Assembly: GCA_965240325.2 (NCBI GenBank)
Contig: OZ251232.1
Coordinates: 744,001-808,000, forward strand
Reading direction: 5' to 3'
DNA length: 64,000 bases
Source of the DNA: Rebecca billardiae RCC1528
Taxonomy: Eukaryota; Protista; Haptophyta
Part shown: positions 10,431 through 24,900 of the stretch, in pieces
How positions within the stretch are numbered: position 1 is the first letter of the stretch
Layout: every line of letters begins with the position of its first letter
Position numbers and translations under genes: made by a program
The notes under the pieces: model-generated
The model's input: the letters and a program-made list of their open reading frames with translations, nothing else
Told to the model about the DNA's origin: nothing
Database searches by the model: none

Positions 10431-11714
10431 CTACTCGACGCGTGCAAACACAGGCCGACGCGGGTCCGACGCGGCAACGTCGTCGCCTCCTTGGCCCGCT
10501 GACACTGCGCCCGCCGCCACCTCGAGCTCGCTGCCGCCGGAGGCTCCGTCCTCGCGCGCGGCCGCCATCACGCTGCGCGCGTGCCGCGCCAGGGCGAGGT
10601 GGAAGCGCGTGGGGTCCACCGGCCCCGCTGCGGGGATGGCGAGCGAGAGCGGGCGCATCACCCAGAGCGGCGCCCAGAGCGCGGCGTCGACAAAGTTGCC
10701 GTGCTTCGCGCCGACGCAGTGCAGCGTGCGGCCGCAGCGCACGCCGTACCCGCAATACTCATCGCTCACATACGAGACGACCGCAGCCGCCCTCGGCGCG
10801 TGCAGCGGCCCGACGCTCATGGCCAGCGCAGGGTCGTGCAGCAGCAGCCCGCGCGGCCGAGGCCCGGCGCGGTCCTGCGCGAGCAGCTCCGCCGCGGCGA
10901 GCGCGGACGGCCCGCCGTACGAGTGCCCGCCGAGGAACACGCGCTCGGGGTCTACGCACGCGGCCACGTCCGCGGGGAGCGCGTCTTGGTGCGCCGCGCC
11001 CGCCGCGAGCTCCTCTGCGCGCCGCGCGAGCTGGGCGCGCGGAGACATGAGTCCGGGCGAGAATGGCAGCGGCGCCCCGGACTGCAGCACCGTGCGGCTC
11101 GCCGTGCCGTCCGTGTGCTCGAGCGCCAGCACCACCGCGCCCTCCGCCGCGATCGCGCGCATCAGGAACGTCGCCATGTCCATGTTGCCGCCGTAGCCGT
11201 GCGAGTACACAAGCAGCGGCAGCGAGCGCGCGGCCTCGCGCGGCGGCGCGGGGGCCTCGGCCTCGCACCCGGACGAGGCACGCGCGAGGTGTGCGAGGAG
11301 GAACGAGAGGCCGAGCTTGTCGAAGGCGACCAGACCCGCCATCCCGTCCGACGTCAGCCGGCCGTCCGTCAGGTAGGGCGCGGGCTCGCCGGGCGCACCG
11401 GACGCGCACGGGTAGAAGAGGCGCGCGCGGCAGCCGGTCGGACCGACGCGCACGGTGCGGAGCCCGACTCGCGCGGATGCCTCGTCTGGGAGGGGCGGCA
11501 CGCGCGGCTGGCCGATCACCGAGAGCGCCGCACCGGCGCGGAACGCGGCGAGCCCGCCCAGGGCGGTGCCCGCGGCGCGGAGCGCAGCCGATCGTGTGAG
11601 CTGCTCGAAGAATGCCTGCTCGGCCACGGCGCCCGCGCGCTCGGCGCACAACAAGGCGGCGAGCGTGAGGGCTGCGAGGAGCGCCGCCGGCTGCGGGCTC
11701 CTCCGCCCGCGCAT
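10431..11714 (-). CDS. Alpha/beta hydrolase, PAF-acetylhydrolase-like
   Basis: RLFYP, PLLVYSHGYGG, VVLALEHTDGTA, nucleophile elbow GHSYGG, LLLHDP, GAKHGNFVD; N-terminal signal-like stretch. Confidence 0.85.
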   Translation of the reverse strand: MRGRRSPQPAALLAALTLAALLCAERAGAVAEQAFFEQLTRSAALRAAGTALGGLAAFRAGAALSVIGQPRVPPLPDEASARVGLRTVRVGPTGCRARLFYPCASGAPGEPAPYLTDGRLTSDGMAGLVAFDKLGLSFLLAHLARASSGCEAEAPAPPREAARSLPLLVYSHGYGGNMDMATFLMRAIAAEGAVVLALEHTDGTASRTVLQSGAPLPFSPGLMSPRAQLARRAEELAAGAAHQDALPADVAACVDPERVFLGGHSYGGPSALAAAELLAQDRAGPRPRGLLLHDPALAMSVGPLHAPRAAAVVSYVSDEYCGYGVRCGRTLHCVGAKHGNFVDAALWAPLWVMRPLSLAIPAAGPVDPTRFHLALARHARSVMAAAREDGASGGSELEVAAGAVSAGQGGDDVAASDPRRPVFARVE

Positions 11715-12490
11715 CCGTCTCCCCACTCTCTCCCGCGGTCGACCCACGGCGATCAACGTCGCCCACGTCGGCGGAGCCGAGTTTAGAGTTTATCTACGAC
11801 TGTCGACTGTACAAAACCTGACGCAACAAAGGCAGGACCGCCTGTCGCAAGCCTGGGCGGCGCGGGGCTCGAGCTGTCGCAAAGCCATATGGCGCTCCTC
11901 TTTTCGCCGCGCGCTTCCACTCGTCATCGCCTCCTCGGCGCCTGGAAGCAGCACGCGGCACGGCACGCGCGTCCCTCGCCGCCGCCCGTGGGACTGAAAA
12001 GCAGCGCAGGCGCTTCCGTGCCGGAGAGAGCGCACGTAGCGCGCGACGCGTTCGACTCAGGGCTTGAGCTGGCTTGCGTGCTGCGCGCGGGGCGGGGGGC
12101 GGGGAAGCAGCAGGAGGCGCGCCAACACCTCCCGTGCGCCGCGGGCTTCCACCGGCGGTGTTTCCCTTGTGGTGGGTGCGGAGGGAGAAGCGCAGCTATC
12201 CGGCAGCCTTCGCTGCCCTCCATCGGATTTGACGTTACACAGGCCCTGTTCACTCCCTGAGAAGCGACACATTGAAGAATCTGCTGTACAGTATGCGAAT
12301 ATTCGCATCAGGCATTCGTCAAGCTAGATAGCACATCTCTCTGCTATGATCATCATAATAATGGTCACGTCAACGAGTCAACAACTCATTCTTTGATTCT
12401 TACGCCGTTTTGAAGACCGTTATGATATGCTGGTGGGTATTACTGTTGCGGATTGCGCATATGAATGAAACCGTCATTTTGTAACTTTGT

Positions 12491-12544
12491 TACAGTTTAC
12501 TAAGAATAAGAGACGCACACAGCTTGCTCAGGCAGGCGAGATTG
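12491..12544 (+). mobile_element. Dispersed repeat family A copy ~150 bp upstream of the giant gene
   Basis: TACAGTTTACTAAGAATAAGAGACGCACACAGCTTGCTCAGGCAGGCGAGATTG. Confidence 0.65.
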
Positions 12545-12690
12545 TAATAACCCAAACTTCCGCGCGACGAATCGGCACGAGGACCAAGGACTGCCACCGG
12601 CGCGGGCGAACAGAACTTGAGCTGCCGCTGGTCAGCACTCGTGCGAAGTTCGTCGTCATCACTCCCCGCGGGTGCGCTGTTTGATCGCCC

Positions 12691-15600
12691 ATGATGACGT
12701 CGCCCCCCCGGCCAGGGCGATTCGGACGGATGAGGCGCAGGCGCGCACCACCTCCGCTGGCACTCACAGTGCTCGGTGCCGTGTGCTTCGGCCCGCAGCA
12801 TGCGCGGCCTGAGCCGTTCCCCCCGCCCAGCCCTCCTCCGTTGCCGCCGCCAAGCCCGCCGCCAAGCCCGCCGCCGCCGCCCTCGCCGCCGCCCTCGCCG
12901 CCGCCCTCGCCACCACCCAGCCCGCCACCCAGCCCGCCGCCCTCGCCGCCGCCCTCGCCGCCGCCCTCGCCGCCGCCCTCGCCGCCGCCCTCGCCGCCGC
13001 CCTCGCCGCCGCCCTCGCCGCCGCCCTCGCCGCCGCCCTCGCCACCTCCGCCCCCGTCGCCACCAAGTCCTCCACCGTCACCACCCAGCCCGCCATCGCC
13101 GCCGTCTCTTCCACCGTCCGCGCCCCCAAGCGCGCCGCCGCGGCCGCCGCCGAAGCCACCACCGAGCCCTCCGAGCCCGCCGCCGAAACCTCCGCCGCCC
13201 TCGCCCCCGCCTTTGCCACCGCCGTCTCCGCCGCCGCCCTCCCCGCCGCCATCGCCGCCGAGCCCTCCACCTCTGCCCCCACCAAGCCCGCCGCCGCCCG
13301 CGCCCCCGCCCTCGCCCCCGCCGCCCTCGCCGCCGCCCTCTCCACCGCCGCCCCCGCCACCGCCAAGTAAGCCGCCATCCCCGCCACCCTCTCCCCCCCC
13401 GCCGCCCTCGCCGCCACCAAGCCCACCTCCGCCGTCACCGCCGCCGAGCCCCCCGCCGAGCCCCCCACCGCCGTCGCCGCCGCCGCCGCCGCCGCCCTCG
13501 CCACCGCCGCCGCTCCCACCGCCGTCTCCACCGCCAAGCCCGCCACCACCGCTTCCCCCGCCATCTCCGCCGCCGCAGCCGCCGCCGCCATCGCCCCCGT
13601 CCCCGCCGCCCAGCCCGCCGCCACCGTTGCCTCCGCCATCCCCGCCTCCGCCGCTGCCGCCGCCCAGCCCACCGCCGCCTAAGCCGCCCCCGAGCCCGCC
13701 GCCCAGCCCACCGCCATCCCCGCCGCCCAGCCCACCGCCGTTCCCGCCCCCCCCGTCCCTGCCACCCAGCCCGCCGTCGCCGCCCCCACCGCCCAGCCCG
13801 CCGCCCCCGCCATCGCCACCGCCGCCGTCTGCGCCGCCGCCGCCGGCTCCGCCACCCAGGCCACCGCCAAGCCCGCCGCCACCGTCGCCGCCGCCGTCGC
13901 CGCCGCCGTCGCCGCCACCATCGCCGCCGCCGTCGCCCCCGCCGTCGCCGCCACCGCCCAGCCCGCCGCCCAGCCCGCCGCCCAGCCCGCCGCCGCCGCC
14001 ACCGCCGAGCCCCCCACCCAGCCCGCCGCCCAGCCCGCCGCCCAGCCCGCCGCCGAGCCCACCGCCGAGCCCGCCGCCGAGCCCGCCGCCGCCGAGCCCG
14101 CCGCCGAGCCCGCCGCCCAGCCCGCCGCCGCCGAGCCCCCCACCGAGCCCGCCGCCGAGCCCGCCGCCACCGATCCCACCTCCGAGCCCGCCGCCGCCGA
14201 GTCCGCCACCATCACCGCCGCCGAGCCCACCTCCGCCAAGCCCTCCACCAAGCCCTCCGCCCAGCCCTCCGCCGCCCTCGCCCCCGCCGAGCCCGCCCCC
14301 TCCGTCCCCGCCGCCCTTGCCTCCGAACCCGCCTGTCTCGCCGCCTTCCCCGCCGCCATCGCCCCCGCCGCCCTCCCCGCCGCCGAGCCCACCGCCGAGC
14401 CCTCCGCCGCCGAGCCCGCCGCCGAGCCCGCCGCCATCGCCGCCGCCATCGCCGCCGCCGTCACCCCCACCCAGCCCACCGCCGAGCCCGCCGCCGCCCT
14501 CGCCACCGCCATCACCGCCACCGTCGCCACCGCCGTCGCCGCCGCCCAGCCCGCCACCGAGCCCACCGCCTCCGCCGTCGCCGCCACCAAGCCCGCCGCC
14601 CAGCCCGCCGCCCTCGCCGCCGCCCTCGCCGCCACCGAGCCCACCGCCGTCGCCGCCGCCGAGCCCGCCACCAAGCCCGCCACCAAGCCCGCCGCCGAGC
14701 CCGCCGCCGAGCCCGCCACCGGGCCCACCGCCGAGCCCACCGCCGTCGCCTCCGCCCTCGCCACCGCCGAGCCCGCCGCCGAGCCCGCCACCGAGCCCGC
14801 CACCGAGCCCGCCGCCAAGCCCACCACCAAGCCCGCCGCCGCCCTCGCCACCGCCATCACCGCCCCCGTCGCCACCACCGTCGCCGCCGCCCAGCCCGCC
14901 ACCGAGCCCACCGCCTCCGCCGTCGCCGCCACCAAGCCCGCCGCCCAGCCCGCCGCCGTCACCGCCGCCATCGCCGCCGCCATCGCCACCGCCCAGCCCA
15001 CCACCGAGCCCACCGCCGCCCTCGCCACCGCCGCCAACTCCGCCGCCGAGCCCGCCGCCCTCGCCGCCACCGCCAAGCCCACCACCGAGCCCACCGCCGA
15101 GCCCACCGCCGAGCCCGCCGCCGTCACCACCGAGCCCTCCGCCCTCGCCGCCGCCGAGTCCACCGCCCGCGCCACCACCCAGCCCACCTCCTCCTAGCCC
15201 GCCGCCGAGCCCGCCACCCTCGCCGCCGCCGCCGAGCCCGCCGCCCTCGCCGCCACCCTCGCCGCCGCCCTCGCCGCCGCCGCCGAGCCCGCCGCCATCG
15301 CCGCCACCGCCAAGCCCACCGCCGAGCCCACCGCCGAGCCCACCGCCGAGCCCACCGCCGTCCCCGCCACCGAGCCCACCGCCTCCGCCGTCGCCGCCAC
15401 CAACCCCGCCGCCTAGCCCGCCGCCGTCACCGCCGCCATCGCCGCCGCCATCGCCCCCGCCCAGCCCACCCCCGAGCCCACCGCCGCCCTCGCCGCCGCC
15501 GCCAACTCCGCCGCCCAGCCCGCCGCCCTCGCCGCCACCGCCAAGCCCACCACCGAACCCACCGCCGAGCCCACCACCGAGCCCGCCGCCGGCACCACCG

Positions 15601-17541
15601 AGCCCACCGCCTTCGCCGCCGCCAAGCCCACCGCCTTCGCCGCCACCCAGCCCACCTCCTCCTAGCCCGCCGCCGAGCCCGCCACCCTCACCGCCGCCGC
15701 CGAGCCCGCCGCCCTCGCCGCCGCCCTCGCCGCCGCCCTCGCCGCCGCCACCGAGCCCGCCGCCCTCGCCGCCACCCAGCCCACCTCCCCCAAGCCCGCC
15801 GCCGAGCCCGCCACCCTCACCGCCGCCGCCGAGCCCGCCGCCCTCGCCGCCGCCCTCGCCGCCGCCCTCGCCGCCGCCACCGAGCCCGCCGCCCTCGCCA
15901 CCTCCGAGCCCGCCGCCGCCGCCTTTGCCGCCGCCGAGCCCTCCGCCAAGCCCGCCACCACCGCCATCGCCGCCGCCATCACCACCGCCGTCACCGCCGC
16001 CGTCACCGCCGCCTCCGAGCCCGCCGCCCTCGCCGCCCCCGAGCCCGCCGCCACCGCCCTCGCCGCCGCCCTCGCCGCCGCCAAGCCCTCCGCCGCCGCC
16101 GTCGCCGCCACCTTCGCCGCCGCCCTCACCGCCGCCCTCGCCACCGCCATCGCCGCCGCCCAGCCCGCCACCGAGCCCGCCGCCCTCGCCGCCGCCATCG
16201 CCACCGCCATCGCCACCGCCCAGCCCGCCACCCTCGCCACCGCCCTCACCGCCGCCACCCTCGCCGCCGCCCTCGCCACCGCCGAGCCCACCGCCACCGC
16301 CATCACCACCGCCGTCACCGCCGCCAACGCCGCCCTTGTCGCCTCCCTCGCCACCACCGAGCCCGCCACCGCCGCCATCGCCGCCGCCATCGCCGCCACC
16401 TTCGCCCCCGCCCTCGCCCCCGCCATCCCCGCCGCCGTCCCCGCCGCCTCCAAGCCCACCGCCTTCGCCACCGCCGAGTCCGCCGCCCTCGCCACCTCCC
16501 AGCCCGCCGCCACCCAGCCCGCCACCCAGCCCGCCACCGTCCCCGCCACCGCCCAGTCCGCCTCCAAGCCCCCCGCCATCCCCGCCACCTTCGCCCCCAC
16601 CGCCGAGCCCGCCACCGTCCCCACCGCCGAGCCCTCCACCGCCAAGCCCACCGCCCTCGCCACCGCCGAGCCCGCCGCCGCCGCCCTCTCCACCGCCGTC
16701 GCCGCCACCGAGCCCGCCACCGCCTCCATTGCCGCCGCCGAGCCCGCCGCCGAGCCCTCCGCCGCCGCCGTCACCACCACCATCGCCACCGCCGAGTCCG
16801 CCGCCGCCGCCCTCGCCTCCGCCCTCTCCGCCACCAAGCCCACCGCCGCTGCCCTTGCCGCCACCCAGCCCGCCACCGTCACCGCCGCCGTCGCCGCCAC
16901 CATCGCCGCCGCCATCGCCCCCACCGAGCCCGCCGCCGCCGTCACCTCCGCCCAGCCCGCCGCCGTCACCACCACCGTCACCGCCGCCGTCACCACCTCC
17001 GTCGCCGCCTCCAAGCCCGCCACCGCCGTCACCGCCGCCGTCACCGCCGCCATCGCCGCCGCCATCGCCGCCGCCAAGCCCACCACCATCGCCGCCACCG
17101 AGCCCGCCACCAAGCCCTCCGCCACCGCCGACGCCGCCGCCGTCGCCGCCGCCGTCGCCACCACCGAGCCCGCCGCCGCCGCCCTCGCCACCGCCCTCGC
17201 CTCCGCCGAGCCCGCCGCCGCCGCCCTCGCCACCGCCCAGCCCGCCACCGTCACCGCCCCCGTCGCCGCCACCATCACCACCGCCGTCGCCACCACCAAG
17301 CCCGCCGCCGCCGTCACCTCCGCCGAGCCCACCGCCGTCACCACCACCTTCACCGCCGCCGTCGCCGCCGCCATCGCCGCCGCCGAGCCCGCCACCGCCA
17401 CCGTCACCGCCGCCGTCACCGCCGCCATCGCCACCGCCATCGCCGCCACCGAGCCCGCCGCCGCCGTCACCTCCGCCCAGCCCGCCGCCGTCACCGCCAC
17501 CGTCACCGCCGCCGTCGCCACCGCCGTCGCCGCCTCCAAGC

Positions 17542-17583
<42 letters not shown>

Positions 17584-17868
17584 CCGCCATCGCCACCGCC
17601 AAGCCCACCACCATCGCCGCCACCGAGCCCGCCACCAAGCCCTCCGCCACCGCCGACGCCGCCGCCGTCGCCGCCGCCGTCGCCGCCACCGAGCCCGCCG
17701 CCGCCGCCATCGCCACCGCCGTCGCCTCCGCCGAGCCCGCCGCCGCCGCCCTCGCCACCGCCCAGCCCGCCACCGTCACCGCCCCCGTCGCCGCCGCCAT
17801 CACCTCCGCCAACACCACCACCGAGCCCGCCGCCGCCGTCACCTCCACCGAGCCCACCCCCGTCACCG

Positions 17869-17904
<36 letters not shown>

Positions 17905-18066
17905 CCGCCGAGCCCGCCACCGCCACCGTCACCGCCGCCGTCACCGCCGCCATCGCCACCGCCATCGCCGCCACCGAGCCCGCCGCCGCCGTCACCTCCG
18001 CCCAGCCCGCCGCCGTCACCGCCACCGTCACCGCCGCCGTCGCCACCGCCGTCGCCGCCTCCAAGC

Positions 18067-18108
<42 letters not shown>

Positions 18109-18447
18109 CCGCCATCGCCACCGCCAAGCCCACCACCATCGCCGCCACCGAGCCCGCCACCAAGCCCTCCGCCACCGCCGACGCCGCCGCCGTCGCCGCC
18201 GCCGTCGCCGCCACCGAGCCCGCCGCCGCCGCCATCGCCACCGCCGTCGCCTCCGCCGAGCCCGCCGCCGCCGCCCTCGCCACCGCCCAGCCCGCCACCG
18301 TCACCGCCCCCGTCGCCGCCGCCATCACCTCCGCCAACACCACCACCGAGCCCGCCGCCGCCGTCACCTCCACCGAGCCCACCCCCGTCACCGCCACCGT
18401 CACCGCCGCCGTCACCACCGCCGTCGCCACCGCCGAGCCCGCCACCG

Positions 18448-18482
<35 letters not shown>

Positions 18483-18819
18483 ACCGCCGTCGCCGCCACC
18501 GAGCCCGCCGCCGCCGTCACCTCCTCCGAGCCCACCACCGTCACCGCCACCGTCACCGCCGCCGTCACCGCCGCCGTCGCCACCGCCGAGCCCGCCGCCA
18601 CCATCGCCGCCGCCGTCGCCGCCGCCAACGCCGCCGCCGTCGCCGCCGCCCAGCCCACCACCATCGCCGCCACCGAGCCCGCCACCAAGCCCTCCGCCAC
18701 CGCCGACGCCTCCGCCATCGCCACCGCCGTCGCCGCCACCGAGCCCGCCGCCGCCGCCAGCGCCACCGCCGTCGCCTCCGCCGAGCCCGCCGCCGCTACC
18801 CTCGCCACCGCCCAGCCCG

Positions 18820-18850
<31 letters not shown>

Positions 18851-18915
18851 GGCCACCGCCGTCGCCGCCACCGAGCCCGCCGCCGCCGTCACCTCCTCCG
18901 AGCCTACCGCCGTCA

Positions 18916-18947
<32 letters not shown>

Positions 18948-21900
18948 CTCGCCACCGCCGAGCCCGCCACCGCCACCGTCACCGCCGCCGTCACCGCCGC
19001 CATCGCCACCGCCGTCGCCGCCGCCCAGCCCGCCACCGTCGCCGCCGCCGCCGTCGCCGCCGCCGTCACCGCCGCCGTCACCTCCGCCAACGCTGCCACC
19101 GTCGCCGCCACCCAGCCCGCCACCATCGCCGCCACCAAGCCCGCCACCGGCTCCCTTGCCCCCGCCCTCACCGCCGCCGACAGTGTCGTTGTCGCCCTCG
19201 CCGCCACCAAGCCCACCGCCGCCGCCGTCGCCCCCGCCGTCGCCACCACCGAGCCCGCCGCCGCCGTCTCCTCCACCCAGCCCACCGCCGTCACCGCCAC
19301 CGTCACCGCCGCCGTCGCCACCGCCAACGCCACCACCAAGCCCGCCACCGCCGTTGCCTCCGCCGTCACCGCCGCCAACGCCGCCACCGTCGCCGCCGCC
19401 CAGCCCACCACCGTCGCCGCCGCCGCCGTCACCGCCGCCGTCGCCCCCGCCGTCGCCACCACCGAGCCCGCCGCCGCCGTCACCTCCGCCCAGCCCGCCG
19501 CCGTCGCCACCGCCGTCACCGCCGCCGTCACCACCGCCAACGCCACCACCAAGCCCGCCGCCCCCGTCACCTCCGCCGTCACCACCGCCAACGCCGCCAC
19601 CGTCGCCACCGCCGAGCCCGCCACCATCGCCGCCACCGCCGTCGCCGCCGCCGTCGCCACCGCCGTCGCCACCACCGAGTCCGCCTCCGCCGTCTCCTCC
19701 ACCCAGCCCACCGCCGTCACCGCCACCGTCACCGCCGCCGTCACCACCGCCAACGCCACCACCAAGCCCGCCGCCGCCGTCGCCGCCGCCCAGCCCACCA
19801 CCATCGCCGCCACCAAGTCCTCCGCCATCGCCATCGCCTCCGCCGTCGCCACCGCCAACGCCACCACCGAGCCCGCCACCGCCGTCGCCACCACCGTCAC
19901 CTCCGCCGACGCTGCCGCCGTTTCCGCCGCCAAGCCCGCCACCATCGCCGCCACCGAGCCCGCCACCGGCTCCCTTGCCCCCGCCCTCACCACCACCGGC
20001 AACGTCTTTGTCGCCCTCGCCGCCACCAAGCCCACCGCCGCCGCCGTCGCCCCCGCCATCGCCACCACCGAGCCCGCCACCGCCGTCTCCTCCACCCAGC
20101 CCACCGCCGTCACCGCCACCGTCACCGCCGCCGTCGCCACCGCCAACGCCACCACCAAGCCCGCCGCCGCCGTCGCCTCCGCCGTCACCGCCGCCAACGC
20201 CGCCACCGTCGCCGCCGCCCAGCCCACCACCATCGCCGCCGCCGCCGTCGCCACCGCCGTCGCCCCCGCCGTCGCCACCACCGAGCCCGCCGCCGCCGTC
20301 ACCTCCGCCCAGCCCACCGCCGTCGCCGCCGCCGTCACCGCCGCCGTCACCACCGCCATCACCACCACCGAGCCCGCCGCCGCCATCACCGCCGCCGTCA
20401 CCGCCGCCTACGCCGCCACCGTCGCCGCCGCCCAGCCCACCACCATCGCCGCCGCCGCCGTCGCCGCCGCCGTCGCCACCGCCATCGCCACCACCGAGCC
20501 CGCCACCGCCGTCGCCTCCGCCCAGCCCACCGCCGTCGCCGCCGCCGTCACCGCCGCCGTCACCACCGCCCTCACCACCGCCGAGTCCGCCGCCACCGTC
20601 ACCGCCGCCGTCACCGCCGCCAACGCTGCCACCGTCGCCGCCGCCCAGCCCGCCACCGTTGCCACCACCGAGCCCACCACCACCGCCTTCGCCGCCGCCA
20701 TCGCCGCCGCCATCGCCGCCACCGTCGCCGCCACCCCTACCGCTTCCACCACCACGCACACTGCCGCTGCCACCACCATCACCGCCGAGCCCGCCGCCAC
20801 TGCCACCGCCGTCGCCGCCGCCGTCGCCGCCGCCATCACCACCACCGAGCCCTCCGCCGCCATCACCACCACCGTCGCCGCCCCCACCTGCGCCGCCACC
20901 TTCACCGCCGCCGAGCCCACCGCCGTCGGCACCGCCGAGCCCTCCACCAAGCCCTCCGCCACCGCCGTCGCCGCCACCGTCGCCTCCGCCGTCGCCACCG
21001 CCGTCGCCGCCGCCGCCGTCACCTCCGCCCAGCCCACCGCCGTCACAACCACCGTCACCGCCGCCGTCACCACCGCCATCACCACCACCGAGCCCGCCAC
21101 CGCCGTCACCGCCGCCGTCACCGCCGCCAACGCCGCCACCGTCGCCGCCGCCCAGCCCACCACCATCGCCGCCGCCGCCGTCGCCGCCGCCGTCGCCACC
21201 GCCGTCGCCACCACCGAGCCCGCCGCCGCCGTCACCTCCGCCCAGTCCGCCGCCGTCGCCACCGCCGGCACCGCCGCCGTCACCACCGCCAACACCACCA
21301 CCGAGCCCGCCGCCGCCGTCACCACCGCCGTCACCGCCGCCGACGCTGCCACCGTCGCCGCCGCCCAGCCCACCACCATCGCCGCCACCGAGCCCGCCAC
21401 CGGCTCCCTTGCCCCCGCCCTCACCACCACCGGCAACGTCTTTGTCGCCCTCGCCGCCACCAAGCCCACCGCCGCCGCCGTCGCCCCCGCCATCGCCACC
21501 ACCGAGCCCGCCACCGCCGTCGCCTCCACCCAGCCCACCGCCGTCACCGCCGCCGTCACCGCCGCCGTCACCACCGCCTACGCCACCACCGAGCCCACCG
21601 CCGCCGTTACCGCCGCCGTCACCGCCGCCAACGCCGCCACCGTCGCCGCCGCCCAGCCCGCCACCGTTGCCACCACCGAGCCCGCCACCGCCCTCACCTC
21701 CGCCCAGCCCACCACCGTCGCCGCCACCACCGTCACCGCCGCCGTCACCACCGCCATCACCACCACCGAGCCCGCCGCCGCCGTCACCACCGCCCTCACC
21801 ACCGCCGAGCCCGTCGCCGCCGTCACCGCCGCCGTCACCTCCGCCAACGACGCCACCGTCGCCGCCACCAAGCCCACCACCATCGCCGCCACCGAGCCCG

Positions 21901-24900
21901 CCGCCACCGCCGTCGCCGCCGCCATCGCCGCCGCCATCGCCGCCACCGTCGCCGCCACCTCTACCGCTTCCACCACCACGCACACTGCCGCTGCCACCAC
22001 CATCACCGCCGAGCCCGCCGCCACTGCCACCGCCGTCGCCGCCGCCGTCGCCGCCGCCATCACCACCACCGAGCCCTCCGCCGCCATCACCACCACCGTC
22101 GCCGCCCCCACCTGCGCCGCCACCTTCACCGCCGCCGAGCCCACCGCCGTCGGCACCGCCGAGCCCTCCACCAAGCCCTCCGCCACCGCCGTCGCCGCCA
22201 CCGTCGCCTCCGCCGTCGCCACCGCCGTCGCCGCCGCCGCCGTCACCTCCGCCCAGCCCACCGCCGTCACAACCACCGTCACCGCCGCCGTCACCACCGC
22301 CATCACCACCACCGAGCCCGCCACCGCCGTCACCGCCGCCGTCACCGCCGCCAACGCCGCCACCGTCGCCGCCGCCCAGCCCACCACCATCGCCGCCGCC
22401 GCCGTCGCCGCCGCCGTCGCCACCGCCGTCGCCACCACCGAGCCCGCCGCCGCCGTCACCTCCGCCCAGTCCGCCGCCGTCGCCACCGCCGGCACCGCCG
22501 CCGTCACCACCGCCAACACCACCACCGAGCCCGCCGCCGCCGTCACCACCGCCGTCACCGCCGCCGACGCTGCCACCGTCGCCGCCGCCCAGCCCACCAC
22601 CATCGCCGCCACCGAGCCCGCCACCGGCTCCCTTGCCCCCGCCCTCACCACCACCGGCAACGTCTTTGTCGCCCTCGCCGCCACCAAGCCCACCGCCGCC
22701 GCCGTCGCCCCCGCCATCGCCACCACCGAGCCCGCCACCGCCGTCGCCTCCACCCAGCCCACCGCCGTCACCGCCGCCGTCACCGCCGCCGTCACCACCG
22801 CCTACGCCACCACCGAGCCCACCGCCGCCGTTACCGCCGCCGTCACCGCCGCCAACGCCGCCACCGTCGCCGCCGCCCAGCCCGCCACCGTTGCCACCAC
22901 CGAGCCCGCCACCGCCCTCACCTCCGCCCAGCCCACCACCGTCGCCGCCACCACCGTCACCGCCGCCGTCACCACCGCCATCACCACCACCGAGCCCGCC
23001 GCCGCCGTCACCACCGCCCTCACCACCGCCGAGCCCGTCGCCGCCGTCACCGCCGCCGTCACCTCCGCCAACGACGCCACCGTCGCCGCCACCAAGCCCA
23101 CCACCATCGCCGCCACCGAGCCCGCCGCCACCGCCGTCGCCGCCGCCATCGCCGCCGCCATCGCCGCCACCGTCGCCGCCACCTCTACCGCTTCCACCAC
23201 CACGCACACTGCCGCTGCCACCACCATCACCGCCCAGCCCACCGCCGTCGCCGCCGCCGTCACCGCCGCCGTCACCACCGCCAACACCACCACCGAGCCC
23301 TCCGCCGCCATCACCACCACCGTCGCCGCCCCCACCTGCGCCGCCACCTTCACCGCCGCCGAGCCCACCGCCGTCGGCACCGCCGAGCCCGCCACCAAGC
23401 CCTCCGCCACCGCCGTCGCCGCCGCCGTCGCCCCCGCCGTCGCCACCACCGAGCCCTCCCCCGCCGTCACCTCCGCCCAGACCACCGCCGTCACCGCCAC
23501 CCTCACCGCCGCCGTCACCGCCGCCGACGCCACCACCGAGCCCGCCACCGCCGTCGCCACCGCCCTCACCACCACCGAGCCCGCCGCCGCCGTCACCGCC
23601 ACCGTCACCTCCGCCAACGCTGCCACCGTCGCCGCCGCCAAGCCCGCCACCATCGCCGCCACCGAGCCCGCCACCGGCTCCCTTGCCCCCGCCCTCACCA
23701 CCACCGGCAACGTCGTTGTCGCCCTCGCCGCCACCAAGCCCACCGCCGCCGCCATCGCCGCCGCCGTCGCCACCACCGAGCCCGCCACCGCCGTCGCCTC
23801 CGCCCAGCCCACCGCCGGCATCACCGCCGCCACCGCCGCCGTCACCACCGCCTACGCCACCACCGAGCCCGCCGCCGCCGTCACCGCCGCCGTCACCGCC
23901 ACCAACGCCGCCACCGTCGCCGCCGCCGTTGGCACCGCCGTCGCCACCACCGAGCCCGCCGCCGCCCTTACCTCCGCCCAGCCCTCCACCGTCGCCGCCA
24001 CCACCGTCACCGCCGCCGTCACCACCGCCATCACCACCACCGAGCCCGCCGCCGCCGTCACCACCGCCCTCACCACCGCCGAGCCCGCCGCCGCCGTCAC
24101 CGCCGCCATCACCTCCGCCAACGACGCCACCGTCGCCGCCACCAAGCCCACCACCATCGCCGCCACCGAGCCCGCCGCCACCGCCGTCGCCGCCGCCATC
24201 GCCGCCGCCATCGCCGCCACCGTCGCCGCCACCTCTACCGCTTCCACCACCACGCACACTGCCGCTGCCACCACCATCACCGCCCAGCCCACCGCCGTCG
24301 CCGCCGCCGTCACCGCCGCCATCACCACCGCCAACACCACCACCGAGCCCTCCGCCGCCATCACCACCACCATCGCCACCCCCACCTGCGCCGCCACCTT
24401 CACCGCCGCCGAGCCCACCGCCGTCGGCACCGCCGAGCCCGCCACCAAGCCCTCCGCCACCGCCGTCGCCGCCGCCGTCGCCTCCGCCGTTGCCACCTCC
24501 GAGCCCGCCGCCGCCGTCACCTCCGCCCAGCCCACCGCCGTCACCGCCACCCTCACCGCCGCCGTCACCACCGCCAACGCCACCACCAAGTCCGCCACCG
24601 CCGTCGCCACCGCCCTCGCCACCACCGAGCCCGCCGCCGCCGTCACCACCGCCGTCACCGCCGCCGACGCTGCCACCGTCGCCGCCGCCAAGCCCGCCAC
24701 CATCGCCGCCACCGAGCCCGCCACCGGCTCCCTTGCCCCCGCCCTCACCACCACCGGCAACGTCGTTGTCGCCCTCGCCGCCACCAAGCCCACCGCCGCC
24801 GCCATCGCCGCCGCCGTCGCCACCACCGAGCCCGCCACCGCCGTCGCCTCCGCCCAGCCCACCGCCGTCACCGCCGCCGTCACCGCCGCCGTCACCACCG

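Noticed and set aside
11790-12327. Short ORFs between the hydrolase and the giant gene
   Set aside because: No motif or consistent coding frame; a small gene cannot be supported.
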